Shown piece by piece: positions 26,203 through 39,069 of a stretch of DNA of 64,000 nucleotides; the stretch's first letter is position 1; each line of letters begins with the position of its first letter. A program made the translations under genes and the position numbers. The stretch is taken from the NCBI GenBank assembly GCA_030264375.1, contig JASCQW010000132.1, positions 84,266,827 through 84,330,826 of the forward strand, read 5' to 3'. The stretch is from Carcharhinus longimanus. Taxonomy: Eukaryota. The notes beneath the pieces are model-generated. The model was not told where the DNA came from and searched no databases. It saw only the letters and a program-made list of their open reading frames with translations.

Positions 26203-26519
26203 AGTGCTTGGAATATTTTAAAGAGGATGAATGTAATATATTTCTTTTAATATAATAAAAGGAGTGAACAATCTGTTAGAACTGAGGTGTGATATTTTTG
26301 CTGTGCCCACAGCACAGGGGTGTTTCGGTGTGTTAGACCCAGTCAGAGTGCTGTCTGTGAGACATTCACTGTGTAGTGTTTAGCTGGATGCTGTTGTATT
26401 TTGGATGCTGTGTAATGCAGCCTCTAGCTGTGGTTTAATGTACTTGTCCCCAGGGTGTGTGGTGTGGGCTGTTTGTATACACAGGATTTCCTGACCCTCC
26501 CCATGGCAGGTCTCCCAGT

Positions 26520-26675
26520 AAAAATTCTGACAACACCAGGTTTTAGTCCAACCGATTTATTTGATAATAGACTCACAAGCTTTCGGGGTTACCCCCTTCG
26601 TCAGGTGAATGGAGAGTTCTGGCCTCAGACAGAGCATATAAAGCACAGACAGTTTAGAGATTACTGATTAGAATG
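26520..26675 (-). mobile_element. Penelope-like terminal repeat with hammerhead-like motif
   Basis: Minus strand TTCAC-CTGACGA-A-GGGG-GTAA-CCCC-GAAA-GCTT-GTGAG, then CAAATAAATCGGTTGGACTAAAACCTGGTGTTGTC. Confidence 0.7.
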
Positions 26676-27697
26676 CCGTTTTTACTTGTTCCAGAGGTGG
26701 TGCTGTAACCATTTTAATGAAAAACAGTAACAGGGAGCAATCAAATGATCCCAGATTTTTGCCAACTTTACAAGGCCTGCCACCTGAAGCAAGTAGGCCA
26801 TTTGGAAGTAGATCCCTTTTAAAATTGTGACTGCCATAACAAAAATGTGAACTGTTTGGTAGTTCAATGTTATAGCCCCATTTTTACTGGTATGTAAGTT
26901 GGGTCCAAAATTGTAAGTATACTGAAGGTGTCTTTATTTCTTTGTGCTGCTGTGACTTTTAGAGGGATTCTGATGGTACAGCTTTTTATTTGAATCTATT
27001 AACAAGGCTCCCTTGACCTTCCCATGCTAAAAAAATCCTTTTTTTTAATTTTTAAGGCCTACAGCCAAACCACTTAGAAGACATGTACAAAAGCACATTA
27101 AATATTGAGTTGTTGCATAAACAGTTTATCTCTTTAAAGATTTTGTTATGAGAAGGAACCATTGACTGTATCATCACCCCTGTACACTTGAAAGATCATC
27201 TTAATTTCTGTAAAATTTGCTGTTTTTGTGCTGAAAGACAAATGAGGAGGAAACTGGTGGCAATATCTAATCACTGGGCATGGTCTTACTGGCCACACAT
27301 GCCAAGCTTCTGCTGCAGCAAGGTCGGAGAATTTGGTGCCCAGCCAAATCTCTGTTCACTGCAGCATGATGGGAAAATTCTGGCATTGTGTTTGCACAAG
27401 AAATTCGGTTTCAAATTATCCTAACAACTTTGAGGCAAATGCATGTGCTTAGCTTTACACAAACAGAATTAGGGTTATTCTTGTGTGATGCCATTCTGGC
27501 ACAACTTACTTCAAATCAGCAAAAGGTATATAACAGAATTGTTACAGCAGAGAGAGAGGCCGTTTGGCCCATTGCGCCTGCACCACTCTTCATGCAAACA
27601 TCATGAATTAATACATTCCTCTGCCTTTTTCCCGTACATTACACATTGTTTCTATTCAAATACTCATCTAATGACCTCTTCGAGATCTCGATTAAAT

Positions 27698-30200
27698 CTG
27701 GCAAAAAGCAGAAAGTTGCATTGCTGATGTCATGTCCATAAGACATGAAAGAGATCATAAGCTGCTGAAATCAAACTTCACTTTCTGCTTATTTAAATAA
27801 AAACAGAGCATGCCTGCTATAAGTTACATGATTTGCAAGTTGGCTGTATTCTGGAAACTTCCAATTGTAATCATCAGTCAAAGCTTAACTCTCACCCTTG
27901 TAGGATCTCACACCGAGCAGTGTGTGGACCCATTTCAATCAAGGGCACAAAGGAGTAGCCGATGGTCTGCCTCCTTAGCCTTGATTTATAACAAAGAAAG
28001 AGCCACTGAGACTTGTTACATCTGCAGAGGAGCTAATAGCAACCATCTAAACCCTACAGTGAATAATGGATTTAGCAGAGACATAAAAAACAGATTATTT
28101 ACCTGAAACTCATCAATGGATAACACCACATGACCTTCTGGTTTTTGGAAAGTTTAGGAGTCAGCCTTGGTTACTGCATTTATTTTCCGGTAGACAATGC
28201 AAAGCCATTTTAATCCATCTTCCTTCAGAACCAGTGCAACGGAAGAGCTTCAACTGAGTTAATTCTGTTTCTCTCCTATTCAATACCATGTCTTCAGGAT
28301 TGTATAGGTGAGGTGGGCCAATTGGCCAAACTCAACAAAATTGACCTTTTAAAAGGTATTGACAAATACACACGAGCTCAGGGTGAAAGATATTTTGATC
28401 TTTGTCACCCCAGATGACCTAAGTGTAAGATCATGCCATTTGGCCTCAAAAATGCCCTACCATTTCAGGCATTGACCAACCAGATAGGAACTGGACTCAG
28501 CAATTGTTCAGTGTACCTGGATTACATGATCTTTTACAGAGACACCTGAAACAGCCAGTTAGATCAACTGAAAACCTGGCAAAAAGAGGAAGGTTGCATT
28601 GCTGGTGTCATGTCCATAAAACACGAAAGAGATCATTAACTGCTGAAATCAAACCTCACTTTCTGCTTATTTAAATAAAAACAAAGCTTGCTGGACCAAA
28701 AGCATGCCTGCTACAGGTCATATGATTTGCAAGTTGGCTCTATTCTAGAAACTTCCAATTGTAACCATCAGACAAAGCTTAACTCTCATCCTTGTAGTGT
28801 TCCAGGGTCTGAAAAGGGCAAACCTTCTAGCGAACCCATCAAGAATGTGAGTTAGCAAAAGGCCAATATGACTTACCTGGAAAATGTTGTAGGATAGGGA
28901 AATGCTACCTAGCAAAGTCAAGTACGTGTCTTAATCACTTTCAAAATCACAAAAAAGATGGAAGCATTCTAGGGATTCTGCTAAAGGTTTGTCCCAAACG
29001 CGAGCCCAGCCAAAGCCTAGCCTCCCCACTAACAGATGCACTAAAAAAAGACTCAAAGGCAGTGTGGACAGAGGCCCCCAAAAAGGTTTTTGCAAAATCT
29101 ATGTTTGCCATGGGCATTGAGAGACCCCAGTATACACAATCCTTTGAAATTTCTCAAAGTGCTCAAAATGACAATGCCAATTTGTTGTGCTGGTGTTTGC
29201 TTTTGCAACGCATTATTCACTGTAGGGTTTAGATGGTGGCTATTCTCCTCCGCAGATGTAACAAGTTTCATTGGCTCTCTCTTTGTTATAAATCCAGCCC
29301 TTTAACCTAAAATTAGCCACATTGCAGGAAAGAACAATGTCATCACTGCACCCTGTACTGCGTTTAAAAGAACAGAATACAGCAGGAAACTAACACTGCA
29401 CTGGCTAGCTGTGTGTTAGACTTTCAAATGAGAAAATGAATGCATACTAATTTGCTTCTCTTGTTTGTGCAAGAGAACATGTTAAAAAAATGAAATGGAA
29501 TTCATTATTTCCCCAGAGGGGGAAGGAATGTCATGTTCATAAGACATGAAAGAGATTATGAACTGTGTAAATCATACCGTACCTACTGCTCATTTAAAAA
29601 AATTGAGTTTTCTGGACCAAAAACAGGGCAGCTACAGGTCACATAATTTGCAAGTTGGCTACAATTTTGGATAGTGTGTCTCCCCAGCTTGGATTTATTA
29701 TAAAGAGAGAGTTTCCATAACCCATTAAACTTGCAGAGGCACAAAAAGCCACCATCTATCTCCCAAGGTCAATGATAGATTTTGACCAGAGACATAGCAA
29801 CTGATTGTTTATCTCAAACAGACTCATCAATGGGCAACATCATGTGACCAAATTTCCTCTGGCCTTCAAAAAGTTTAAATGTTAGATTCTTGGTCTCCCA
29901 GCGCAGTCTGCTGTTAAGCAGCCTGTCAACATGAAACACGGACTCCACCAAACTCAGACCCCAGGCTGACCACAAAGCATGCCTCCTCCAAACCTGGCTC
30001 TCTGGAAGATTCCTGCCATTGCCTGTAGAATGGTCCAAACCTCTGGATACCAACCTTATCTTGTTGCACCATTATTAACTTTAAAAGAATCCTGCAACTC
30101 CCTTCAGCTTGCTGAACCTGCCTGAATCTAAACTCTTAGGCAAAGAAACCCTCACTGCATTCTGACATTCACAGGAATTAATATCCATTTTTTTAAAAAG
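27698..30200 (+). mobile_element. Rearranged Gypsy LTR retrotransposon relic (Gmr1-like)
   Basis: RT peptides SYSIPCLQDCIGEVG, KIDLLKG, FVTPD, MPFGLKNA (28433), VYLDY (28511-28525), MTYLENVVG, PLTDALKK; RNase H end ISHIAGKNNVI (~29312-29345); PPT AGAGGGGGAAGGAA 29515-29528; LTR starts TGTCATG at 27728, 28606 and 29529. Confidence 0.8.
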
Positions 30201-30217
30201 AGTTATTCCCAGTTGTA

Positions 30218-30468
30218 CAAAGAACAAAGAACAACCCAGCACGGGAAACAGGCCCTTCGGCCCAACAAGCCCACGCCGCCACATCACCCTACNNNNNNNN
30301 NNNNNNNNNNNNNNNNNNNNNNNNNNNNNNNNNNNNNNNNNNNNNNNNNNNNNNNNNNNNNNNNNNNNNNNNNNNNNNNNNNNNNNNNNNNNCTCCCATC
30401 GTCAACCGTTTTTGTCACCTCCTCAAAGAATTCCACCAGATTCGTAAGGCACGACCTCCCTCTAACAA
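30218..30468 (-). mobile_element. Young CR1 LINE (tail and RT piece joined by a gap)
   Basis: CAAAGAACAAAGAAC..AGGCCCTTCGGCCC tail; minus-strand FVRGRSCLTNLVEFFEEVTKTVDDG. Confidence 0.88.
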
Positions 30469-31139
30469 ATTGTAAAATCTCTTTTCTTTCCAATTTCCTT
30501 CTTGTGTGCATGCAGGCACAACTAAGTTCACGTACAGTTGCGATGATGATGACCATCCCCTTGGGTTTGATTGTATGAATAAACAACCTAATTTAACCCA
30601 AAAGACAGTTTGCTGCAATTCACTTTAAAACTGATTTCACAGATTTGAAGAGAATTTAGAGAAGCATGCCACAATCTATTTCAAAACTAAAATCACTGCT
30701 GCTTATGGACAGATGGTGAGAGAAATAAAGGAGTTCAGTTTGCCTCTCTCCCCATCCTTAACATTGGCATGCTAGAGTGGGCTGAGAGCTCAGCCTGCAC
30801 TTGACCCAAATAAAAGCAATCAGGACTAGCAGCATTAATCCTTACAACTAATGGCACTTGCTTTCAGATGTCTATAAATGTTATAATATTTGAAATGTAA
30901 GTGTTGTTACAGGCATTGTATTCTATTACTGAACCTTTTGAGATAATATATGCTAGTGTATGAAACAACAATGGAATATCTAATGATGCTATTTGTTAGT
31001 GCAGCAGGATAATAAGCATGGTTCCACTTAATTATATTTTGCTAATAAAAACACAAGAATTTAGATACTTGTGGTTATTTTGTAAGAGTGGACATTGAGA
31101 ATGTGAATTCTTTCCAAGTTTCATTCTTCACAAATGTGC

Positions 31140-31760
31140 AGCAGACCAGGGAAAGGGCTCAGTCAAAACAACTCTGATCCCTGTTTGCAGTTGGGCTGAC
31201 TTCCCCAGTGTACAGAATGTCATTGGCTCCATGTAATTGTCAGAGCAGCAGATAACAAGTCAGGGAATTTTGTCAACAGGAAGGGCTGTCATTTCATCAA
31301 TGTCCAATGGGTGAGTGATTATCATCAAAAGGTCATACAAGTCATGTCAATTTCACTGGTGATTGCCAGAATGCTTTTACCTTGAGACACTCGTTCATCC
31401 ATTTCCTCCATATTCCACCCTTCAACAAATGGCTGTCTGAGAGTTGAGAGATGCTTTCACCACACCCTCACTGATGATACTCTTCTGTTTCCTCAGCTTA
31501 GCTGAGCAGCCAGGTTTAATAATAACTATCAGGCAACCAGAAATATAATTCAACACACCATTGCCATCCTGAAGCTACAGTGGATTGATTGTTCTGGGCA
31601 CTTCCTGAAAAAGGCCCATTAAAAAATGTTTGTATCATACTTCAGTACATCATGTGTATGGAATTAGAATTGGGGTTGAAGAAGATACAGTAACAGCAAC
31701 ATATTTCACCTGATGATAATTAATTGAATCAAGGTGATAGAGGACATGAGGAAGGAGGAG
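31140..31760 (+). pseudogene. Degenerate PIF/Harbinger (HARBI1-like) transposase fragment
   Basis: FPSVQNVIG, FVNRKGCHFINVQWVSD (~31269-31320), CQNAFTLRHS, RFNNNYQATRNIIQHTIAILK..DCSG. Confidence 0.75.
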
Positions 31761-34700
31761 TAACACACCTGATACCCCAAAAGCTCAGGAAGTGGTTTAT
31801 GTCTTCACATTTTTGCAGAGTTGCTCAATATACTTACCCAAAAGTGACAAGAAGCCCCTCTGCATTAACCACTTAACCACACTGCTAAATCAGTATCAAA
31901 TAATAGTTAAGTCACTCAGTCAACCTCTAGCTATTGTGTTTTATGCTCAGGGATATGCTGAGGTGATACACCAGCTTCTGCGTGTTTAGCAGAAATTTTA
32001 TTCAATGCTTTAAAATGTCTGCTCCCTCACAATTACAGCAAAATACATGAGTTTATTTTTTCCTCTCTAAATGACCACACCCGAGCTAACTAATCATACA
32101 CAGTGAGCAGTCGACAGACAAACATCATAAATCACTGAACAGTTGAATACTACATTGACAATGCAGACCAACCAGTTGCAATGAAAATTCTCTGTTAACT
32201 ATATATTTGGCTAGAAAAACGGTGATGAATTTACTTATAAAGGATTAAACTTCGATTTCTTCATGCTCAAGTGCCCAGATCATTAAAAAAAAGCACATAT
32301 CTTCACTCTACAACTCCAACATAAGTTACAAAAGTTATTTTATACTTTAATGTTCACAGTAAGTTCACAGTCAATGTAAACCACTAGGTGAACTGATCAG
32401 ACAAACCGCATTTTGAAACCAAGTGACAGATACCACTCAAAGCAACTTCTATGGGTTACTCACCAACTCCTCCCCATCACCCCCCCAATGCAAATGCTTG
32501 TCACAGTATGGTAGGCCAGCTTGTCTCACAAAGCTCTTTTTGTTAGCTTAGTGATCTTCACAAGGATCAATCTCTAAGTTTTCAACCTTCCCTTCTGATG
32601 TTCCTTTACCCTACATCACTACATGCATTCAGGCTTCGCCTTGCACACAGTCTCTCAGATACTCAGCCATATTCACAGAACACCACTGCTTCCCAGGTCC
32701 AAAGTAAGGAGTCACCAACCTTTGGCTATCTCATCTGATCTTCTGACTTCTCATAAGTCCACTTGCTTTAAGTCTACTTCCAGCAACATCCTCTCTTTAA
32801 ACTTGGAACTTTCCACTGTTCCTTACCTCACTTTTAACTTCACTTAACAGAACGCTTTTTGGATTCCTGTGCTTTTCCTTTTACTTAATGTATAAGTTTT
32901 TTATGACCTTCCTCCTTTTCCATTAGGACCTGCTCCCTGCAGTTCCCTCTTCCGGTAGACTGCCAACAATGTGGCATCTCCCTTCAGACCCAGAACTCCC
33001 TCGACCACCCTGACCTATTAGATTTTGACCTATTAGATTTTGACCTATTTTCCTCAGTTAGAGAGAGACTTAAACTGCGCCCTTCGCCTTAGAGCATTAT
33101 CACCAACTGAACTAAAACTGCTGTTCTTTCTCTGTACATCCCTCTCTCTAGACCTCCCCCCCGCCCCACCACCTTCACCCCCAACTTTGCTAGATAATAG
33201 CAGAGTTTTTTTCTCTGCCTTATATTGTTTTATCTTCCCTCCAAGAGCTGTAAAACCTCATTAAAAATGCAGGTCTGCAAGCAACTCCACATGTGCTGGC
33301 TCCACTCTAAAATGAAACTAGACCCAGGTTTCATCTTGTCAGCCCAGAAATAAAAAACTATAAACTTAAAGCTGTATCTTGGTCCTAACACCCACAAATA
33401 TAAATACAGTTTACTTAAAATTAATTCTAGTTTTTAATAGAGTGCATTATAGCTATATTCCTGGTTTAAATATGTCCCTGCCTAACCTGCCAGTATTTGT
33501 TCTCTGCAAGTGGGTGGGATGTTCAAGTTAGATCAACTCCATTGGAAATCCACCTCTGAGATTGAAATAAGGTCCAGCAATTCAAATATTCTAGCTCTGA
33601 ATCTGGCTGGAGAGGATGAGTTTTAAAATGAAACCAAAACTCACCTACTTAAAGTTGACTTAGAGGTAATATTCAGGCCTAAATCTATGAAAGGCTTGAA
33701 TTGTGTGAAACGCCTCTGGTTTAAGAATGATTTTAGTTCCTGAATGAAAAATTGTAAGGAAATCATATATTCTTCTGTATTGTATTGGGATAAAATGTTC
33801 TTTTAAGTTATCTATCTTTAAATAAATGGCAGGTAATATTTACTGTTCCCAGATAAACCAGAGAGCACAGCTATTCTGACACCAGTTTCACGTTTAATCT
33901 TTATGGAAAATTCAATCTCTTTTCATTACTTCATGTAATTAACACAATCAGTTGCAAACTAAGCCGTGCAGTGAATGCTGTCCATCAGACTGCTTCCACT
34001 GATGAACTATATCATGAAGTTACACTGACTTGTTAAAGGGAAAGGCCTTTGTACTTTCGTTTATATCACATTACAGTACACTCCAGAGAACAAGCCTATC
34101 AACATTCCTAATTATCTAGACAGAATGGAGATATTTGCATTCAAAATTGCACTGAAATGCTTAATCTCCTAAATTGTTACAAAGGAGCTGTGAGATTTAA
34201 TAAGTTATTTTGAGGTTTCAGAGTTTGAGCAAACAAGCTTTAGTAATTGTAGTTTATTCTCTTTGAATATACCCCTATATCTAATTTTTTACACACGTTT
34301 CATTTCTTATATAACGACTCATATTAACATTTCTAAACTCAGTGCTTGGAAATATTTTGAAGAAGCTTGATTGCAATAAATAGAGAAGATTCTTCCCATT
34401 TGAAACTGTTAGGAATCTAATGCAATGTCATTAGTGAAATATAAAAGACTTCATGTCACCTGACACACAGCAAAAGTCTGAAACTAGAATTGTAACAGTG
34501 AGCAAATTTGGAGCAATAATAAGCAGCGCATTCCAGTCATATAATATGACTTGGAAAGCATAGAAAAAATGAAAAACTGCACATAACAAAGAAAAGATCA
34601 CATAAGATAACTTCAATAGCACGCTTATGAAAATGGCCCCACAGGGAATTGGCAAAATCGCTCATTATTCTATTATAAATGCAATCTTTTTAGCGGTACT

Positions 34701-35294
34701 TACAAAGATTAGTAATATGCGTGGACGACATTGGCACTGAAACCTTGAAAAGTCATTTCACTGCCTCAGTCTCACTAAGCTTCTGCAATGCGTCGTTCAG
34801 TGCTTGTGATTTTAGCTGCATTCTGTGCCAGCTTTGTCAGTCACATGTAACAGTGTCCTCTAACCACAACTGCTTTCTATTTAAACACTGTGCCTGCAGC
34901 TAGCCTAATCAGCAAAAAAATGAAACTGACATCTACGTAAAACAGCCACCGGAAGATCATAATGACTCATAGTTTTTAATTTCTATTGCAAAGTTATTAA
35001 TTTGCAAAACAGTTCAAACATACTCATTAATTCTGCATTTACATGACTCTAATCTATTTCACTGAAGGCCAGGTTGTGCATGAATATCCAATATGGAAAA
35101 TTCTGCCTTAAGGTCACTTTGCATAATTGCATTAGTTACATTTGTTTTGAATAGTGTATGTTTTTACTTATTTTTCTGAGCGTCACCGCATGTTGGTACC
35201 GGGTAATAGAAATTGGTAAATGTCAGTACTGCAAAGTGGGCTGATTGTGAATGAATAGTCCATTTTACTCAGTGCCAGGCATTCTCCTCTATTG

Positions 35295-35812
35295 AAATGT
35301 AAATGCATTGAAAGCAGCTCAAAGAAGGTTTATTAGATTAATACCTGGAATGGGTGGGTCGTCTTATGAGGAAAGGTTGGGCAACTTAAGCTCGTATCAG
35401 CTGGAGTTTAGAAAATTAAGCGGCAGCTTGACTGAAACATATAAGATCCTGAGGGGACTTGCAGGCTGAATTTGGAAAGAATGTTTCCTCTTGTGAGAGA
35501 ATCTAGAATTAGGGTCCGCTATTTGAAAATAACGGGTTATCCATTTAAAACAGAGATGAGGATTTCATTTTGGTCAGAGGGTTGTAAAACTATAGAATTC
35601 CCTTTCTCAAAAGGTGGTTGAGACAGTGTTTTTCAATACCTTTAAGGCAAAAGTAGGTAGATTCTTGACAAGCAAAGGGTGAATGGTTATTGGGTGTAGG
35701 CAGGAATGTAAGGTTGAGGTTAAAATTAAATCAGCTCTGATCACATTCAGTGGTGGAGAAAGCTCAAAGTGCCGAATTGCTTGATCCTACTCCTAATTTG
35801 CACGTTCATATG
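35295..35812 (+). mobile_element. CR1 LINE 3' end
   Basis: NALKAAQRRFIRLIPGMGGSSYEERL..TYKILRGL, followed by a CR1-like 3' UTR. Confidence 0.85.
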
Positions 35813-36950
35813 GAATCACTTCCATTATTTTCACCCTGTACCTAATAAAACATAAAAACACTAAAATAAAAGCAAAATGCTATGGATGCTGGAAATCTGA
35901 AAATAAATAAGGTGCAAGAAAAACTCCAGCAAATTTGACAGCATCTATGAAGGGAGAAACAAAGGTGACACTTTAAGTCAAATTTGGCTTGTCTTATGAA
36001 CTGAAGGGTATTAGTATAAAACCCATCACATTTCTATCATTAATACACTTTCTTATGAGATGAACTTTCACTTAATATCGATTCCTTGCAAAATTGCAGC
36101 AGTTGCGAAACATAAATTGTCTGGAATAGTCACTCCAACATCATTTCACAGTAAAACGTCCCCAATTCTTTGCCTTGAACTTGTCTGGGGCTGTGGAGCA
36201 GAAGGTTCACATTTGACTGCACAAGTGCCTCAAGCATGTCTCTTAAAGGTTTAAACCATAAATTAAAAGTCACAGCTTTGAGCCAGTCAAGTAATTTATT
36301 TTCGGTTAATCTAAGTCTTGGCATGTGAACTGACTGGGGGGCAGCCCTAGCTTTGAATCTCGAAAAAGTGGAGAGCAAATCCACGCTGAGTTTGAGTCTC
36401 ACAATGAAAAATGAATACATTTAATCTTAAAAGTTTGAAAGTATGACTGCGATTCAGAGTAATAGAAAATGCAAATATTTCTATAGTTCATCATAACCTG
36501 CCTCTCCTCACAGAAAATTCTCTGTTGATGAACTAAAGGACCAATATGACATACTCATTTCCTCAGCTATCAGCTATTGCCAGATAACTGAAATAGGTTC
36601 TAATATAATCCAAAAAAGGGTTCCTTTTTCATATTTTACCACAATAATGACACAGTTCTGAATTAATCAAGCTCCTTAATTCAAAGCTTTCGCTATGGGA
36701 TTCACATTGGTTTGCAATCTATTCCCTTTGTGAATAGCCATGATTGAGAATAGGTTTGAGCTACAGCTCACTGGAGTATCTTTTGCTCTGTGGATAAATT
36801 GAACAAAAATGTAGATGTGAATAAACAGATAAACTAAATGGATAGAAAGCAGTCATTTCCATCTTTGATCACTACTCCAAGTCTTGCTCAAAAAGCAAAA
36901 TGTGTTTCTGAATATTAACAAAGAAATACCTATTTGGAGGCTAAGGAAAA

Positions 36951-37251
36951 AAAGTTCAAAAGTTTAATTATTTGTGTCACAAGTAGGCTAACATTAACAC
37001 TGCAATGAAGTTATTAGGAAAATCTCCTAGTTGTTACACTCTGGTGTCTGTTTAGGTATACTGAGGGAGAATTTAGCATGACCAATGCACCTAACCAGCA
37101 TGTAATTGGACTGTGGGAGGAAACCAGAGTGCCCAGAGGAAACACATGCAAAATGGGGGAGAATGTGCAAATTCTGCACAGTGATCCGAACTGAGAATTG
37201 AACCTCGGTCCCTGGCGCTTTCAGGCAGCAGTGCTAACCACTGTGCTACCC
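36951..37251 (-). mobile_element. V-SINE with alternative tail
   Basis: GTGTCACAAGTAGGCTAACATTAACACTGCAATGAAG..GTGGGAGGAAACC..GCAGTGCTAACCACTGTGC. Confidence 0.85.
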
Positions 37252-38799
37252 TACTGTTGAGTTCTTCTTAAAAAATAAGTAGGACAAACTTGTCCAGTTT
37301 TGTTCACAAAGTAATAGATTTGGAGTACGAGTTTATTGTTTATTCTTGCAAATAAAAGGAAGGTGTCAAAGTTTAAGCATTGCACTGGAGCGAAGTGCAG
37401 ATTTAGGGGGATCTAGTGAGGTAGTCATATTAATCTGACTCCTGTTGGCACCCTAACTTGACTGTTCCTGGGAATTTAGCTCCATGGCTGCAGAAAGCAC
37501 CCCCCCCCAACCCCTGAATTGACTTTCCACTGTTAGGCCTCTCCCTGATTTCAGCTGGCAGCCACAAGCCCATTGGTACTGGCAGAATTGGGAGTTTCTG
37601 CAAAATAAATTGAATAGAAAGCAAGAACACCATTACTGTGACATGTGTTCCTATCACAATTTGTCTTATATACAGAGCTTTGAAAAAAGCACATGGAAGC
37701 AACGAAAGTGACACACGTCCCAGATACAGCAGCAGAAGGAAGGTCAAAGGGATATCGTTAAAATGTCTACAAAATTCCCCAGTTTTAATGGAAATGCAGC
37801 TGACCTACAAATTGAATTCCAAATGTTAAACAGCGTACTGAGCCCTAATTTCATGATTCAGGCGTGTCTGAAACAGACAACACCTTAAAAATTAATCTAG
37901 TTAGCAATAGGGAATGAAGGTCTACATAAGCTGAAAACATTAGAATTATCAGGATAAGAACTAAAGAATCCCCAAAAGATATGGACTACATATAGACTTG
38001 TTCAGAATCAGGTTAAACTTCCATTTGCATCGCCTACAGCTCATGTTATATTGCCAAAAGCCTAAAGAATCCATAAATGATTTTATCAGCAAATGCAGAG
38101 GAAAGGTTGCTTATTGAGGTTCAGGTGCAGGACTAGCAGACAGAATTGTTGAGTTGGTGATCCCATCCATTCTTATGGTAGCTTTCCCAAAATATCTGCT
38201 AGACAAGCCCCAAACATATAGCATTGAAGAGCTACTCAAAGGCCAACATAAGTGTGAAGTGATCATCATGGCTCGAAAATGCTTACCAGTCGAATGTACA
38301 TCTGACTGTTGACACATGCACTGGTACATCCAAACCTGACAACACAATGCCAGGTGAGGACACCTACACTCACCGAGGTAATGCCAACATTCCATCATTT
38401 CTACATGGCATGGTGAAAGGACTATTGGCAGCGGCAGTACACTGGAGAAGTGCATCCCAAGCTGGGTTCTGTGAAATCCTGGCATTCTGTAGGAGATCAC
38501 CAAGGGTTCGCAGTATGTTTTTAACTTGAAAAAGACTGTCCTTTCTGTTTGTCCCATTAAAAGCATTTTCACACTGTATTGGCTACTGCTAGCTGCACTA
38601 GTGAGCCTATTAGCAGTCAATATACAGAGAAGATGGCCTCTGATTGGAAGAGCAGGAAAGAGCAGAAAGTCAGTATTGAAAATGCGAGGTAAGGCTAAGA
38701 GTGAAGGCAACTGGATGGCAAAGCAACATAGGATGCGATCTTGGAGAATGGGAAGGGAAGCTGCCTCGGAGGGCAGAAGGGGCAGCCGCCTCAGAGAAA

Positions 38800-39030
38800 T
38801 GGAGAGAGGGTTAAGAATGTGAGTGTGAGAGAAAGAGGTGGGAGTGTATCAGAGAAGTGAGAGTATGTGTCTAAGAGAGAGAGAGAGACAAGAGAGTATG
38901 TAGGTGATAGAGAGAGACAAAAGCATGTTTGTGAGAAAGAGATTAGTGCAGAGTGAGTGTGTGTGAGAGAGGGGAGAATGTGACTGTGAGTGAGAAAGTT
39001 GGGAGTGTGAGTGTGTACATGAGAGAGAGG
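38800..39030. repeat. GA/GT-rich low-complexity tract
   Basis: GAGAGAGA and GTGTGAGA runs. Confidence 0.8.
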
Positions 39031-39069
39031 CCATGAAGTGGAAATACTGGTGTTGGACTGGGCCAGGCA

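Noticed and set aside
25889-26255. His/Thr-rich and Cys/Val-rich ORFs
   Set aside because: Translations of a degenerate CA microsatellite.
32180-33450. Possible large solo LTR on the minus strand (includes 15-bp tandem TGACCTATTAGATTT at 33011-33050)
   Set aside because: Composition is suggestive, but I could not define TG..CA ends, a TSD or a second copy.
38111-38710. 199-aa minus-strand ORF (longest ungapped ORF)
   Set aside because: No recognisable domain; only a faint resemblance (GFHRTQ) to Harbinger transposase, too weak to call.
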